Origin: Candidatus Marinacidobacterales bacterium
GTDB lineage: Bacteria > Acidobacteriota > Vicinamibacteria > Marinacidobacterales > SMYC01
NCBI GenBank assembly: GCA_965237955.1
Contig: OZ250169.1
Coordinates: 608,001 to 672,000 of the forward strand
DNA: 64,000 nucleotides
Direction of reading: 5' to 3'
In this document: positions 10,391 to 20,042 of the stretch, piece by piece
Numbering within the stretch: the first letter of the stretch is position 1
Layout of the letters: each line of letters opens with the position of its first letter
Notes under the pieces: generated by a model
Told to the model about the DNA's origin: nothing
Database searches by the model: none
Seen by the model: the letters and a program-made list of their open reading frames with translations, nothing else
Translations under genes and position numbers: made by a program

Positions 10391-10701
10391 GGCTGTGGGA
10401 AACGCCCCCACGGTTCTGGTCGTTCAGACCTTGCTCACGACTGAGTTCTCTTCGAAGCCTGGAAGGGCGTTTTCCATAGCCTCCACTAATCGAGCCCCCC
10501 CTTCCTTATTCCATATGAATTAATCTTTCTTGTATATATATCAGGAGGGGCCTGTGGGCGCTCGTGGAAAACGCGAAGCGTTTTCCAAGCGATTGTGGAA
10601 AACGCCGCTCCACGTTTGTACGTGCTCACAACCTTTCCCTAAACGCCTCTCTCGCCCGGAGTTTCCGGCGTTTTCCACAATCGCGGCAGCGTCCATAGGC
10701 C
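10391..10701. other. Nested inverted-repeat region upstream of the ISL3 transposase
   Basis: Perfect 19 bp stem 10589-10607/10666-10684, GGAAAACGCGAAGCGTTTTCC hairpin, and outer stems. Confidence 0.7.
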
Positions 10702-10758
10702 ATGCCCTCCAACACAAATCAGATCCCCCGAAACGACAGGAGAACCATAACTCTTAAC

Positions 10759-11421
10759 CTTCTGCCCGCCTGGAACATCCACGTCGTGCCGGAGTCCTGG
10801 AGACGCGTCTTCGATTTTCGATATGACTGGAACAGAAGAACTGAGTATGAGTTGTGGAAGGAACAAAAGGATTCCATCCAAGCCGAAATCGGGCTAATAC
10901 TCAAGCAGTATTTCGGTCCAGAAGACAGCATCGTTGTTGCCGCAATCGGTGAGATCGGATACTACTCGGACCTGCACGTTTACGACAGGAATAGCCTTAT
11001 CAACCGTGATACCGTCGATCACTGCGACAAGGCACTTTCTGCTCCCGGCCACGACAAAAGCGTTGAACCTCACTGGTTTCTTCCCTTAGAACCGACAATT
11101 ATCAAGTTTGATGTGATCGATGGTCCTCCTCCGGAGCGCATAAATCCAGAGTATCCGTTACGGCGTCGCATTCGTTCAAGAGCCGAGGAGCTTCAACGAT
11201 GGGGCAGGCGGTCTGGGGTACACGTCTGGAGACGCTACGTGCCTCAGATCTTTCCAATGAGTCCATCGCCTGAAGGGAGCGAGATGACGCTGTTGGTCCT
11301 TCGATTGATTAAAGAGGAGCCTCACGTCAAGAAGCTACCACAAGCCGAGCGCATAGCCATTCGCAAGGAGCGAGCACGTAAGGAGTGGGCTAAGTTCTAC
11401 CATTCGCTTGAGAGTTGGTGA
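10759..11421 (+). pseudogene. C-terminal half of a GT-C-like membrane protein, paralog of 11848-13971
   Basis: LLPAWNIHVVP, IGEIGYYSDLHVYDR, PGHDK, GPPPERINPEYPL all align with the downstream gene; N-terminus missing. Confidence 0.8.
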
Positions 11422-11479
11422 TGCACTGGAGGCCCATTTTCTTGATTTCAAACTGCGACACTACCCAAGAACCACGAGG

Positions 11480-11510
11480 CCCTCCGTGTCAACATCCCTG
11501 AGACACTCCG
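11480..11510 (+). repeat. Isolated IS3-type end remnant
   Basis: CCCTCCGTGTCAACATCCCTGAGACACTCCG resembles the reverse complement of 19170-19200. Confidence 0.55.
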
Positions 11511-11603
11511 CCTGTGCCTTCTATTTATTCATCCGCGCGCACCGAACTTGCTAAGCTGCTGATTTATGGTCTATTTCGAAAGATCCGAGTTTTGGCACAG
11601 GAC
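11511..11603. mobile_element. 93 bp mini-element (end K + inverted end A)
   Basis: CCTGTGCCTTCTATTTATTCATCCG ... GAGTTTTGGCACAGGAC; same pair of ends as 47034-47343. Confidence 0.75.
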
Positions 11604-11847
11604 GGGATCTCCACCGAGGCGAAGACCAGTTCGCAGGACCTCCCACTCATGGCTGTCTGCCCGTCGATACACGATCTTCTTTTTTGCGGATCACAGCCGA
11701 TCTCGTTGGATGGCCCGTTGCTGGACACCTCGGTCCTGACAGGCGAGGCAGTAGCGACGCCAAATCAGGACATTAAAAAAAGCGACCTGCTTTTTTGCCT
11801 AGCCGCCCTGTTCTGCTACTCTTCTCAATCACTCGGTAGGACTCTCA

Positions 11848-13971
11848 ATGAACAACGCTGACGACAGACCCACAGTTGGTCGGGATTGGATCGCCTTCGT
11901 TGTCGCGTGGATCCCCTACTCGTTGTTGACCTATAGATTCTGGCACAACGTCGACGACGCCTTCATCAGTTTCCGTTACGCAAAGAACTGGGCGATGGGG
12001 TACGGACCTCGTTACAACCTAGGGCTGCAGCAACAGGAAGAGGGATACAGCAACTTCCTGTGGGTAGTCGTTTGTACGTTTATCGAGTACCTGGAACTCG
12101 ACATTACTTTCTGGGCACCGATGCTCGGTTTCGTCTGTGGTTCTTTGCTCTTGTACCTTGTTTTTCGAACGCTCCGGCGAGATTTCGACATGGGGCTTGG
12201 TGTAGCTTTCTCCATAACGCTGGGCCTGGGCCTTTTCCCACCTTACGCTTTGTGGTCGACGGGTGGTCTGGGCACCATGGCGTTCGCCCTTTCCATCTTT
12301 GCGACGGCCTACTTTCTTGTTCTGCGTCCGGCTGGCATCGCGCCTTACCGCGGTGCGCTCGCCGGCGTAGCCACGACATTGTTGCGTACCGAAGGCATTG
12401 CCTGGTCTTTGCTCATTGCCCTGCTGGGCATCATCACCCGACGGCTGAGAGGGGAAGCTGTCTGGCGACCGGTGGCCGTCTATGTCGCAACCGTGGGCAC
12501 TGCTTTTTTAGTCTATTTTGCATGGCGATACTCCTATTACCAGCTCCTTTTTCCCAATCCGGTCTACGCCAAGGTTGGTTTCAGTCCCGAGGTCGCACTG
12601 CGAGGCTTCCGATACGTGGCTGCCTTCGTTCTCACATTTGTGACACCGCTTCTATTGTTGCCGGCGGCTGGCTACGTGGCTTGGCGGGAAGCACCGAAGC
12701 CGGTAGGGCTTGTCCTCGGAACCTTGAGCCTGGCATTTCCCGCCTACGCTGTGATGGTCGGCGGGGATTGGATGGCTATGGGACGGTTTCTAGTTCCCGG
12801 TTTCGCCTTCGGAGCACTCTTGATGGGATGGTTGGTGGCTCGGTTGTGGGAACGCCTGTCATCGCGCCTTGTGGTCATGGCGGTAGTGATAACGACGATC
12901 ACGGTGGGTCTCCTTCCTGCGTGGAACGTGCATCTCGTACCCGACTCGGTGCGTCGCCTCTTTCATTTTCGTTACCTCAGTCCCTTCCGCACTGAGTATG
13001 AGAAGTGGAGAGTAGAGCCCAACTTTTTCACGGACAGAAAGGAAGAGGCTCTGGCACTGAAGGCGCATTTCACCCCAGGAGATAGCATCGTTCTTGGCAA
13101 GATCGGGCTACTCGGATATTACTCCGACCTACACATCTACGACCGCAGTGGCCTAGTCGACCGGCGCGTCGCGATGCGCCCCCGCACGCGCAATCCGCTC
13201 CGCATGCCGGGGCATGATAGCAAGGTCTCTACCGATTTCTTTTTCGCGGACGAGCCTACCGTCGTGCTTCACGAAAGGCTAGACGGACCTCCACCTAGCC
13301 GAAAGAATCCCGAATACCCGTTGCTTCGGCGTATCAGAATGAAAGCCGAGTCCTGGAGGAAATTGTCGGTCTGGCGACGTTACGTGCCGGAGGTTCTGCC
13401 ACTGGAACCGTCGCAGCAAGGTAGCCCTAACGTGCTCATAGTCCTGCGGTTGATCGAGGAAACGCCCCGTATCGCCACACTTTCCAGTCCACAGCGGCGT
13501 GCCGAAAGAGCCTGGGATGACTTTTTTAGGGAGTTGGATTCTGCTCTACCCTTTGTTGTACTGGCCTACACCAGCGGCTGGTACCCGAAGGAAACAGCTC
13601 CGGAATCGACGGGACGATGGACCCATCAGACCGCCACGCTGTCGTTTTTTAACCCGCAGGCAGACGCGACGTTCTCCCTCGACTACGCCGCACGCGCGCC
13701 GCAGACGGTCACGGTCAGCGTCGGCGACCAACTGCTGCAGTCATTCGTCGCCGATGCATCCGGGCGCCGCCGCCGCCGCCGTATTCCCCTCCCCGCAACG
13801 GCGCTAGGAAATGGGGACAGGGCTAAGATCCAGATCACTGTGGATCGGACGTTCGTGCCGGCGAATCTGATCGCGGGCTCACGCGACACCCGCGAACTTG
13901 GCATTAAGGTCTATCACGCGGCCGTTGAACGCGACCCCGTCCTGTGCCAAAACTCGGCCCTTTTGAAATAG
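11848..13971 (+). CDS. Multi-pass GT-C-fold glycosyltransferase-like membrane protein with an extra C-terminal domain
   Basis: VDDAFISFRYAKN, EGYSNFLW, LRTEG, PNPVYAK, GGDWM; many TM segments; the last 10 codons and stop come from motif A. Confidence 0.8.
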   Translation: MNNADDRPTVGRDWIAFVVAWIPYSLLTYRFWHNVDDAFISFRYAKNWAMGYGPRYNLGLQQQEEGYSNFLWVVVCTFIEYLELDITFWAPMLGFVCGSLLLYLVFRTLRRDFDMGLGVAFSITLGLGLFPPYALWSTGGLGTMAFALSIFATAYFLVLRPAGIAPYRGALAGVATTLLRTEGIAWSLLIALLGIITRRLRGEAVWRPVAVYVATVGTAFLVYFAWRYSYYQLLFPNPVYAKVGFSPEVALRGFRYVAAFVLTFVTPLLLLPAAGYVAWREAPKPVGLVLGTLSLAFPAYAVMVGGDWMAMGRFLVPGFAFGALLMGWLVARLWERLSSRLVVMAVVITTITVGLLPAWNVHLVPDSVRRLFHFRYLSPFRTEYEKWRVEPNFFTDRKEEALALKAHFTPGDSIVLGKIGLLGYYSDLHIYDRSGLVDRRVAMRPRTRNPLRMPGHDSKVSTDFFFADEPTVVLHERLDGPPPSRKNPEYPLLRRIRMKAESWRKLSVWRRYVPEVLPLEPSQQGSPNVLIVLRLIEETPRIATLSSPQRRAERAWDDFFRELDSALPFVVLAYTSGWYPKETAPESTGRWTHQTATLSFFNPQADATFSLDYAARAPQTVTVSVGDQLLQSFVADASGRRRRRRIPLPATALGNGDRAKIQITVDRTFVPANLIAGSRDTRELGIKVYHAAVERDPVLCQNSALLK

Positions 13972-13991
13972 ACCATTAATCAGCAGCTTAG
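13939..13991 (+). repeat. End motif A
   Basis: Near-identical to 120-172. Confidence 0.9.
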
Positions 13992-14639
13992 TGTCTGTAC
14001 TACCTGCGAGAGGAGATTCGGTTGCGTCGTGTCCGAAAATGCGAACGGAGCCAGAAAGCTCGAATCCTAGAGGCGTTCTCGAAATTCGCAGAGACCAGCC
14101 GACGGGGCACTGGCTCTGCGATAGGCGCTCCCGAGCAGACCTCTCATTCTAGCTCCTATTGCCAACCGAGCCTCAGACCTCCTGACATGCCCTCCTAGAT
14201 TTAAGTGCCTCTTTCGGCGCTAGACTGCGTATTCCAGCCATCGTGAACGCCGAATCCAGAGCAAGCTGAACAGCGAATCCGGTGAAGCCGAACGCTCATC
14301 GAAGCGATGAAGTGTTGGGTGACCTCCTTCCCACTGATTGAAAACGTGAACCTATCTTACCTGCGTGTTGTGTAGCAAGGGGCGGCAGGTCGGTGCCGGA
14401 GGGAGCGGGCGTAAGGAAAGACGCGAAGCGACCTTCCCGCTCCCGTAGGCAGCGACCTGCCGCGGCCGAACCCCGGGCGATGTGGGGCTGGTTTCGGGGT
14501 GTTGCTGGGGTATGGCCTGGCTCGAGAAGACGCTTCCTGAGGCATTCTCGCGCGTCGTTTTGGCGCCGCATCGTCTGGTACCCCGGGTTTGGCGGTTTCA
14601 CCCGTTTTTATCGCATCGACGCTGTGGTCCCTCGCTCGC

Positions 14640-15398
14640 TCATGCATCGGCGTTGTCAAATGCCTTTGGCGCAGCCTTGGTCTTTCTCAGAGAAGCTCCT
14701 TTGAGAGTGATGCGGTGCGCGCTGTGGAGAATGCGATCGCAGATAGCGTCTGCCTGGTTTGGGTCGCCAATCGCTTCGTGCCACTGCTTGAGCGGAATCT
14801 GGGTCGCGATGAGTGTGGAGCCACGCTCGGCGCGGTCTTCGATGACCTCCATTAGATCCCGTCTCTCCGATTCTTTCAGCGGGTGAAGCAGCCAATCATC
14901 GATAGCCAGTAAGTCCAGCTTGGCGAGTTTCGTCAAAAGCCGGGCGTAGGAACCATCACCACGAGCGACCGCGAGCTCGTGGAGCAAGCGCGGTGCTCAC
15001 ACGTAGCATCCGGTGAAGCCGCGACGACAGGCCCGCTCCACGAAGGCGCAAGCCAAGAACGATTTGCCAATCCCCGTCGGGCCGGTGATGAGCAGGTTAT
15101 GGCGCTCACCGACAAAGCGGCAGTTGCCCAGGCTCAAGATCTGTTCGCGGTTTAAGCCTCGAGGCGCTTGGAAGTTCACGTTCTCCAAACATGCCGGATA
15201 GCGGAGCTTTGCCGCTCGCAGTCGTCGAGAAAGCTTACGCTGTTCGCGGGCGGTCCACTCGGCATCGACCAGGAGTCCCACACGTTCCTCGAAGCTCAGC
15301 TCCTTGTATTCGCTCGAGCTCAACTGGGTTTCGAACGCGGACACCAAGCCGAACAACTTCATGGCGTTCATCTTTTCTATCGTTTCGGGTGTCAGCAT
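14640..15398 (-). pseudogene. istB: IstB ATPase with an in-frame TGA at 14997-14999
   Basis: GPTGIGKS Walker A, LLAIDDW Walker B, DAICDRI; YV*APRLL is likely CGA>TGA. Confidence 0.9.
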
Positions 15399-16948
15399 CG
15401 GGACTCTCCTCCTTCGTAGTGATCCGCGCCTCGGATGTTCTCGTGCTCCTCTCGCGGTTTCGCTTCGGCGTCCGATTCGAGCACCACACGATCCAGACCA
15501 GCCGAGAGAATGTTTTTCACCGTGCGATAGCTGTAAGAGCTCAAAGCTTCCGCTCGTGCGCAAGCGGCCTCGAGACGCTCACTGCCCCAGCGGCTGCCTA
15601 GTCGCATGACTCCCAGGCAAGAGCGAAATCCCTGCTCCGGGTGAGGCCGACTCTCTAGAATCCCCGCAACCAGCCTTCCCGTGGCGCGACCTGACTGCTC
15701 CGCCCAGTGGAGCAGCCGCGACGGCGTCCACTCCAGGTGCTCCCGATGCGAACGTGGCATATGCTCCGGGTTCGTGGAGTAGTGCCCCTTTCCTTTCTTG
15801 CGGGGATGCGACGCGACGCGCTTTCCCTTGAACAGGACCTCCACCACCGAGGCCGTCACCCGTGCCTCGACTTTCTCGTGAATGAGCTGATAGGGAACGC
15901 TGTACAAGTTGTTCTCCACCTCCACGTGGTAGTCGATGTTCACTCTGCACCGCTTCCACGTCGATAACTCGTAGCTCTCCTGCGGTAGCGGTTTCAGTAC
16001 GGGCCGGTCTAGCCTTTCGTACAACTCCCGCCGACTCACACCGAGCTTCTGCATCGGACGCGCATTCAGGACCTCTAACTTCTCCCAGATGGCTTCGTTC
16101 AGTTCCGCCAGGCTGAAGAACGTGCGATGACGAAGCACCGCCAGGATCCAGCGCTGCGCCACCTGCACTGCCGACTCCACCTTCGCTTTGTCTTTCGGCT
16201 TGAACACCCGAGCCGGGACCACAACCGCACCGTAATGCGTCGCCAGCTCTTCGTACGTCCGGTTGATCCCTGGCTCGTAACGGTCCACCAAATCCACGCC
16301 GCTCTTCAAGTTGTCCGGAACCCAGATCTCCGTACTGCCACCGAAGTAATCCGACATCCCCTTATGGGCCTTCGCCCACGATTCCAGCGACTGGTTCAGT
16401 GTCGCTTCGACGTAGGTGTAACTGCTCGCGCCCAACGTCCCGACGAACAGCTCCATTTCGACGAGCTCTCCCGTTTTCGGATCGACGATGTGAGGCTTCT
16501 TCCCCGAAAAATCGACGAATGTCTTCTCGCCTGCTCGATGCCGTTGACGCATCGTCGGGTTCAGCTTCTTCTTCCACTGACCGTACAGCTCGCAATAACG
16601 GCTGTAGCCGTACGCTCCCGGCTTATTCTCCGCGTACTCCACCCACAGCTGCAGCAACGTCAGCTCTCGGTGACGCCTCAGCTCCTCGTGGATGTGGGCA
16701 TAGTCCAGACCCGGCCGTGCGCCAGACGAGCCCGGCGGCGGAAACAGCCCTGCCTCCAGCTCCCCGTCGCTCAGCTCCTCCGGGAGCGGCCAGCTCAGAC
16801 CACCCTTCTTCGCCTTGGCCAGGTACTCACTCACCGTTCCAACCGCCACGCGAAGTGCCTTTGCGATCATGCGGTGAGTAAAACCCAGCTCGTACTTTAA
16901 CCTTAGAACCTCTCGTATTTTTCTCATCGATAACCTCTTAGCTGCCAT
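15392..16948 (-). CDS. istA: IS21 transposase IstA
   Basis: MRKIREVLRL, GEKTFVDFSG, VPDNLKSGV, KPKDKAKVE, NLYSVP. Confidence 0.95.
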   Translation of the reverse strand: MAAKRLSMRKIREVLRLKYELGFTHRMIAKALRVAVGTVSEYLAKAKKGGLSWPLPEELSDGELEAGLFPPPGSSGARPGLDYAHIHEELRRHRELTLLQLWVEYAENKPGAYGYSRYCELYGQWKKKLNPTMRQRHRAGEKTFVDFSGKKPHIVDPKTGELVEMELFVGTLGASSYTYVEATLNQSLESWAKAHKGMSDYFGGSTEIWVPDNLKSGVDLVDRYEPGINRTYEELATHYGAVVVPARVFKPKDKAKVESAVQVAQRWILAVLRHRTFFSLAELNEAIWEKLEVLNARPMQKLGVSRRELYERLDRPVLKPLPQESYELSTWKRCRVNIDYHVEVENNLYSVPYQLIHEKVEARVTASVVEVLFKGKRVASHPRKKGKGHYSTNPEHMPRSHREHLEWTPSRLLHWAEQSGRATGRLVAGILESRPHPEQGFRSCLGVMRLGSRWGSERLEAACARAEALSSYSYRTVKNILSAGLDRVVLESDAEAKPREEHENIRGADHYEGGESRC

Positions 16949-17160
16949 TTCCTAGATCGTCCTCCTTCCGGGTACGACCTAGAGTTGCCTTGAAACGTGC
17001 TATCGATGAGCGTTCGCGATGCCGGAACCGGCGTTCACGTTGCCTGGAATCCGTGTTCACCTTCCCCGGAATCCGTGTTCACGATGCTTTGGAATGGATG
17101 TTCACCTTCGGCTGGAATCTGCGTTCACGATGCCCCGGAATACGCACAAGTCCCTCGTCA

Positions 17161-17320
17161 TCACCGAGGAGGGCGAGTATCACCCCTCTGGTCCGTGTCG
17201 GCGTCAGATCTAGACGAACCTCTAGGAACCGGAACAACAATAGGCTTTTTATTGTTCATTGCCGCCCAAACCAGAGCCCCAATCCAGCCGATCGCCGTCC
17301 AACCGGCAAACAGGTTCAGT
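17161..17320 (-). pseudogene. Superinfection-immunity (T4 Imm-like) membrane protein fragment
   Basis: NLFAGWTAIGWIGALVWA matches the family's NLFLGWTxxGWxxALxWA motif. Confidence 0.6.
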
Positions 17321-17486
17321 TGCACATCTTGATCGACAGCAGCGGTCTCGCTGCCCACGCCGGCCAGCTGCGCAGAGCACCAAATAGCAGGGGGCTATCG
17401 CAAGCTCCATCTGTGTGTCGACGAGCAGACTGGCGAAGTCGTTGCCGGCGAGCTGACGAGCAAAAGAGCCCGCGATTCATCGCGGG
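17321..17486 (+). pseudogene. IS5-family transposase internal fragment
   Basis: HILIDSSGL...YRKLHLCVDEQTGEVVAGELT. Confidence 0.6.
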
Positions 17487-17526
17487 CGGAACGTGTCAAC
17501 AACTTTGAGACACCCGCGGACTGCAT

Positions 17527-18666
17527 TTAGTGAGCCTCAATCAATGCAGTAAGACTCGTGGGCCCGGGGCGGTCACCGTCTGCGTGCGGCGAGATCTGGT
17601 CGCGTTGGCCTGAATCCGGGGGTACCCCAGGTGTGGACCACCTCGAGAAAGTGGCTCCGGCGGCCTCCTGGCGCGTCGTTTTCTCCGGCGGCGGGTTGAT
17701 CCAGGCCTGAGGAGGCAAAACGGGGGGCTGTGGCATTCCGCGAACGAAGCGTTCGGGATGAGCCCGATGAGCTTCGAGGAGGATTTGGCGCCGGGCAGTG
17801 GTGAGCTGTTCCGCGAGACCATCGTGAACGGCGGCCGGTGTCATGAGGCCGATTCCCGAGTGCCGGCGTTCGTGATTGTAGTAGTCGAGGAAGCCGCCGC
17901 AGAACAGCCGGCCGTCTTCGATGGAACCAAAACGGCTCGGAAACTGAGGGCAATACTTCAGAGTCTTGAACTGGGACTCGGAGTAGGGGTTATCGTTCGA
18001 GACGTAAGGTCTGGAGTGGGTCTTGGTAACGCCGAGGTCAGCCAGGAGCATAGCTACGGACTTGCTTCGCATCGAGCTGCCACGGTCGGCGTGGATGGTG
18101 AGCTGGTCTGGTTCGATGTTCTGTTTGCGGCAGCTCTCGCTGATGAGACGACGAGCGAGCTCAGCGCTTTCTCGTCGAGCCAACATCCACCCGGTCACGT
18201 AACGGGAGAAGATGTCCAGAATCACGTAGAGGTAGTAGTAGGTCCACTTGACGGGGCCACGCAGCTTGGTGATATCCCACGACCAAACCTGGTTCGGCGC
18301 TTCGGCCAGCAGCTCCGGCTTTTGATAATTCGGATGTCGCAGCTGGTTCCGGCGCTCTCGGACCTCTCCGTTCTCCGCCAGAATCCGATACATCGTGCGG
18401 ATCGAGCAGTAGTAGATTCCCTCGTCCAGGAGCGTGGCCCACACCTGAGCGGGCGCCTTGTCGACGAACCGCTCGGAGTGCAAGGCACCGAGAACCAGCT
18501 CACGTTCGGTCACATCGAGGGCTCGGTGCGACCGAGGGCGGCGTTTCGCATTGGACGTCACCGTCTGGCGCCTGCGATACAACGTGGAGCGAGCTATTCC
18601 AAGGGCCTCGCAGGCTTCCGCCGTCTGTCCAATTCGTCCCGCCAGCTCCTCGGCCGCCACCATCAA
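17527..18666 (-). CDS. IS3-family transposase OrfB
   Basis: PNQVWSWDIT, DIFSRYV, HADRGSSM, NDNPYSESQFKTLK. Confidence 0.92.
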   Translation of the reverse strand: MMVAAEELAGRIGQTAEACEALGIARSTLYRRRQTVTSNAKRRPRSHRALDVTERELVLGALHSERFVDKAPAQVWATLLDEGIYYCSIRTMYRILAENGEVRERRNQLRHPNYQKPELLAEAPNQVWSWDITKLRGPVKWTYYYLYVILDIFSRYVTGWMLARRESAELARRLISESCRKQNIEPDQLTIHADRGSSMRSKSVAMLLADLGVTKTHSRPYVSNDNPYSESQFKTLKYCPQFPSRFGSIEDGRLFCGGFLDYYNHERRHSGIGLMTPAAVHDGLAEQLTTARRQILLEAHRAHPERFVRGMPQPPVLPPQAWINPPPEKTTRQEAAGATFSRWSTPGVPPDSGQRDQISPHADGDRPGPTSLTALIEAH

Positions 18667-19130
18667 TCGTTCTCGTCGCTGTCTGGTGGATTCAGGGGGA
18701 TCCCCAGAAGTTCGGAGGTTTTTTTTTGGATCTCTAGCATCGTCTCCACCCGAGCCAGGCGATGCTTCAATCGCGCGTTCTCGCGCTCGAGCTCCTTGAC
18801 CCGTGGATCCTCTGCCTTCGCCTTCCGTCCTCGCTTCCTCGATGTCAACCCCGCCTTGGCAATCTTGTCACGTTGGCGACGCCAACTCGAAAGATGCGAC
18901 GAGTACAGTCCCTCTCGACGCAGAAGAGCCGCAACATCCCCGTCACCCTTGCAAGCATCGGCCTCGCGCACTATCCGCAGCTTGTACTCTGCGGTAAAGC
19001 GTCGACGCTTCGCTTGCTCACTCACTTCGGGATCCGGGACCCCTGCCGCATCGCGGCCGGCGCGATCTGCAGTCGCCCTACGGGCTCCTTCCGATCCCGC
19101 CGGGGTCATTCTCTCAATCAACGTAGTCAT
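18663..19130 (-). CDS. IS3-family transposase OrfA (HTH)
   Basis: RRRFTAEYKLRIV, ALLRREGLYSSHLSSWRRQ. Confidence 0.9.
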   Translation of the reverse strand: MTTLIERMTPAGSEGARRATADRAGRDAAGVPDPEVSEQAKRRRFTAEYKLRIVREADACKGDGDVAALLRREGLYSSHLSSWRRQRDKIAKAGLTSRKRGRKAKAEDPRVKELERENARLKHRLARVETMLEIQKKTSELLGIPLNPPDSDEND

Positions 19131-19200
19131 TCATGATCCTCCTCCGCCCTCTACACTAATTTCAAGGGGCGAAGTGTCTCAAGGAGGTTGGCACAGAGGG

Positions 19201-19440
19201 GGCGGGACAACCGCTCTGGAACAGACGAAGCCTTTGGATAAGAAGCTCTCAGTGTGGAGACCCGGGACATTCTTCGCGCATAAGCGCTCTCTTTACGTTC
19301 CGCGGTCCGTCGATAAAAGTGAGTACACGCTAACGATGGGGCTCGATGACAGAGCGACGAAGGCTGCTCTACCCGCGTTTAGCTCCAATGGTCGCCCCCT
19401 GGAAGGAGAGATCCAGCTCGGCTCCATCACGATAAACTGA
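19201..19440 (+). pseudogene. Orphan C-terminal fragment of a probable cell-surface protein
   Basis: WRPGTFFAHKRSLYVP...YTLTMGL...IQLGSITIN*; cut by the IS3 end. Confidence 0.4.
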
Positions 19441-20042
19441 TCGAGTACTCAAATCCACATTGGAGATGCCGTCGAAAGAACGTGCAGTAAGAAAAGGGGA
19501 GGTCGGCGAACCCCCTGGCAGCACCTGGACCAGAACGTGCTAGGCTGCTACGCCCCGGTAGCCCCGGCCTCGATTCTGGGCCTCTGGGGTGTCATCAAAT
19601 CGCCACGCAGCTCCGTGCGTTCGACCTTGATGATGCGATCGTTCCTGCGCGTCTTGAGGACCTGGCCGTAGAAAATACAGATGGTTACCACGTGAAAAAA
19701 CGGCCCAATCAGCCTCAAAATGGCCCCAATTCCCTGTTATTCATGGTTGCCAAGCCGAGACCGGAAGACGCGTTAAGTCTTAGCGTCATCTCACCAACAC
19801 TTAATGGCGGAAGCACCGGCCGCACCGTCTTCGTTCTTGCCTGGGTCTCCGCCCGGGGCAGTCACGGCGGCCGCGTCTCGACCGTCGCGAGGGAGCACGC
19901 GAAAGCTGAGTCATAATGACGGCCGAGCAAAGGGGGCCCTTCTCGATCTGCTTCCTCAGCAGCGTTCAGTACGCGCAACCGCTCGACCCCAACGAGCGCA
20001 AAGAAGTTCCGGGCCCTGAGTGAGTTTGACCTCTGTCCACCG

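Larger units (their letters stand above)
14226..17146 (-). mobile_element. IS21-family element
   Basis: TGCGTATTCC terminal IRs, multiple ~22 bp subterminal repeats, istA-istB pair. Confidence 0.95.
17487..19200 (-). mobile_element. IS3-family element (OrfA + OrfB)
   Basis: IRs TG(T/C)CAAC...TTGAGACAC at 17494 and 19193; A7 slippery run at the OrfA end. Confidence 0.9.

Noticed and set aside
14997-14999. In-frame TGA in istB as recoding or an alternative genetic code
   Set aside because: TGA terminates many intact genes here; a CGA>TGA nonsense change fits the expected Arg
17010-17146. Tandem ~22 bp repeats (also 50367-50499 and 14226-14295) as a CRISPR array
   Set aside because: No unique spacers and no cas genes; they are the subterminal transposase-binding repeats of IS21
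17758-19440. 560 aa plus-strand ORF
   Set aside because: Antisense shadow of IS3 OrfA/OrfB; only the last ~80 codons look like a real gene fragment
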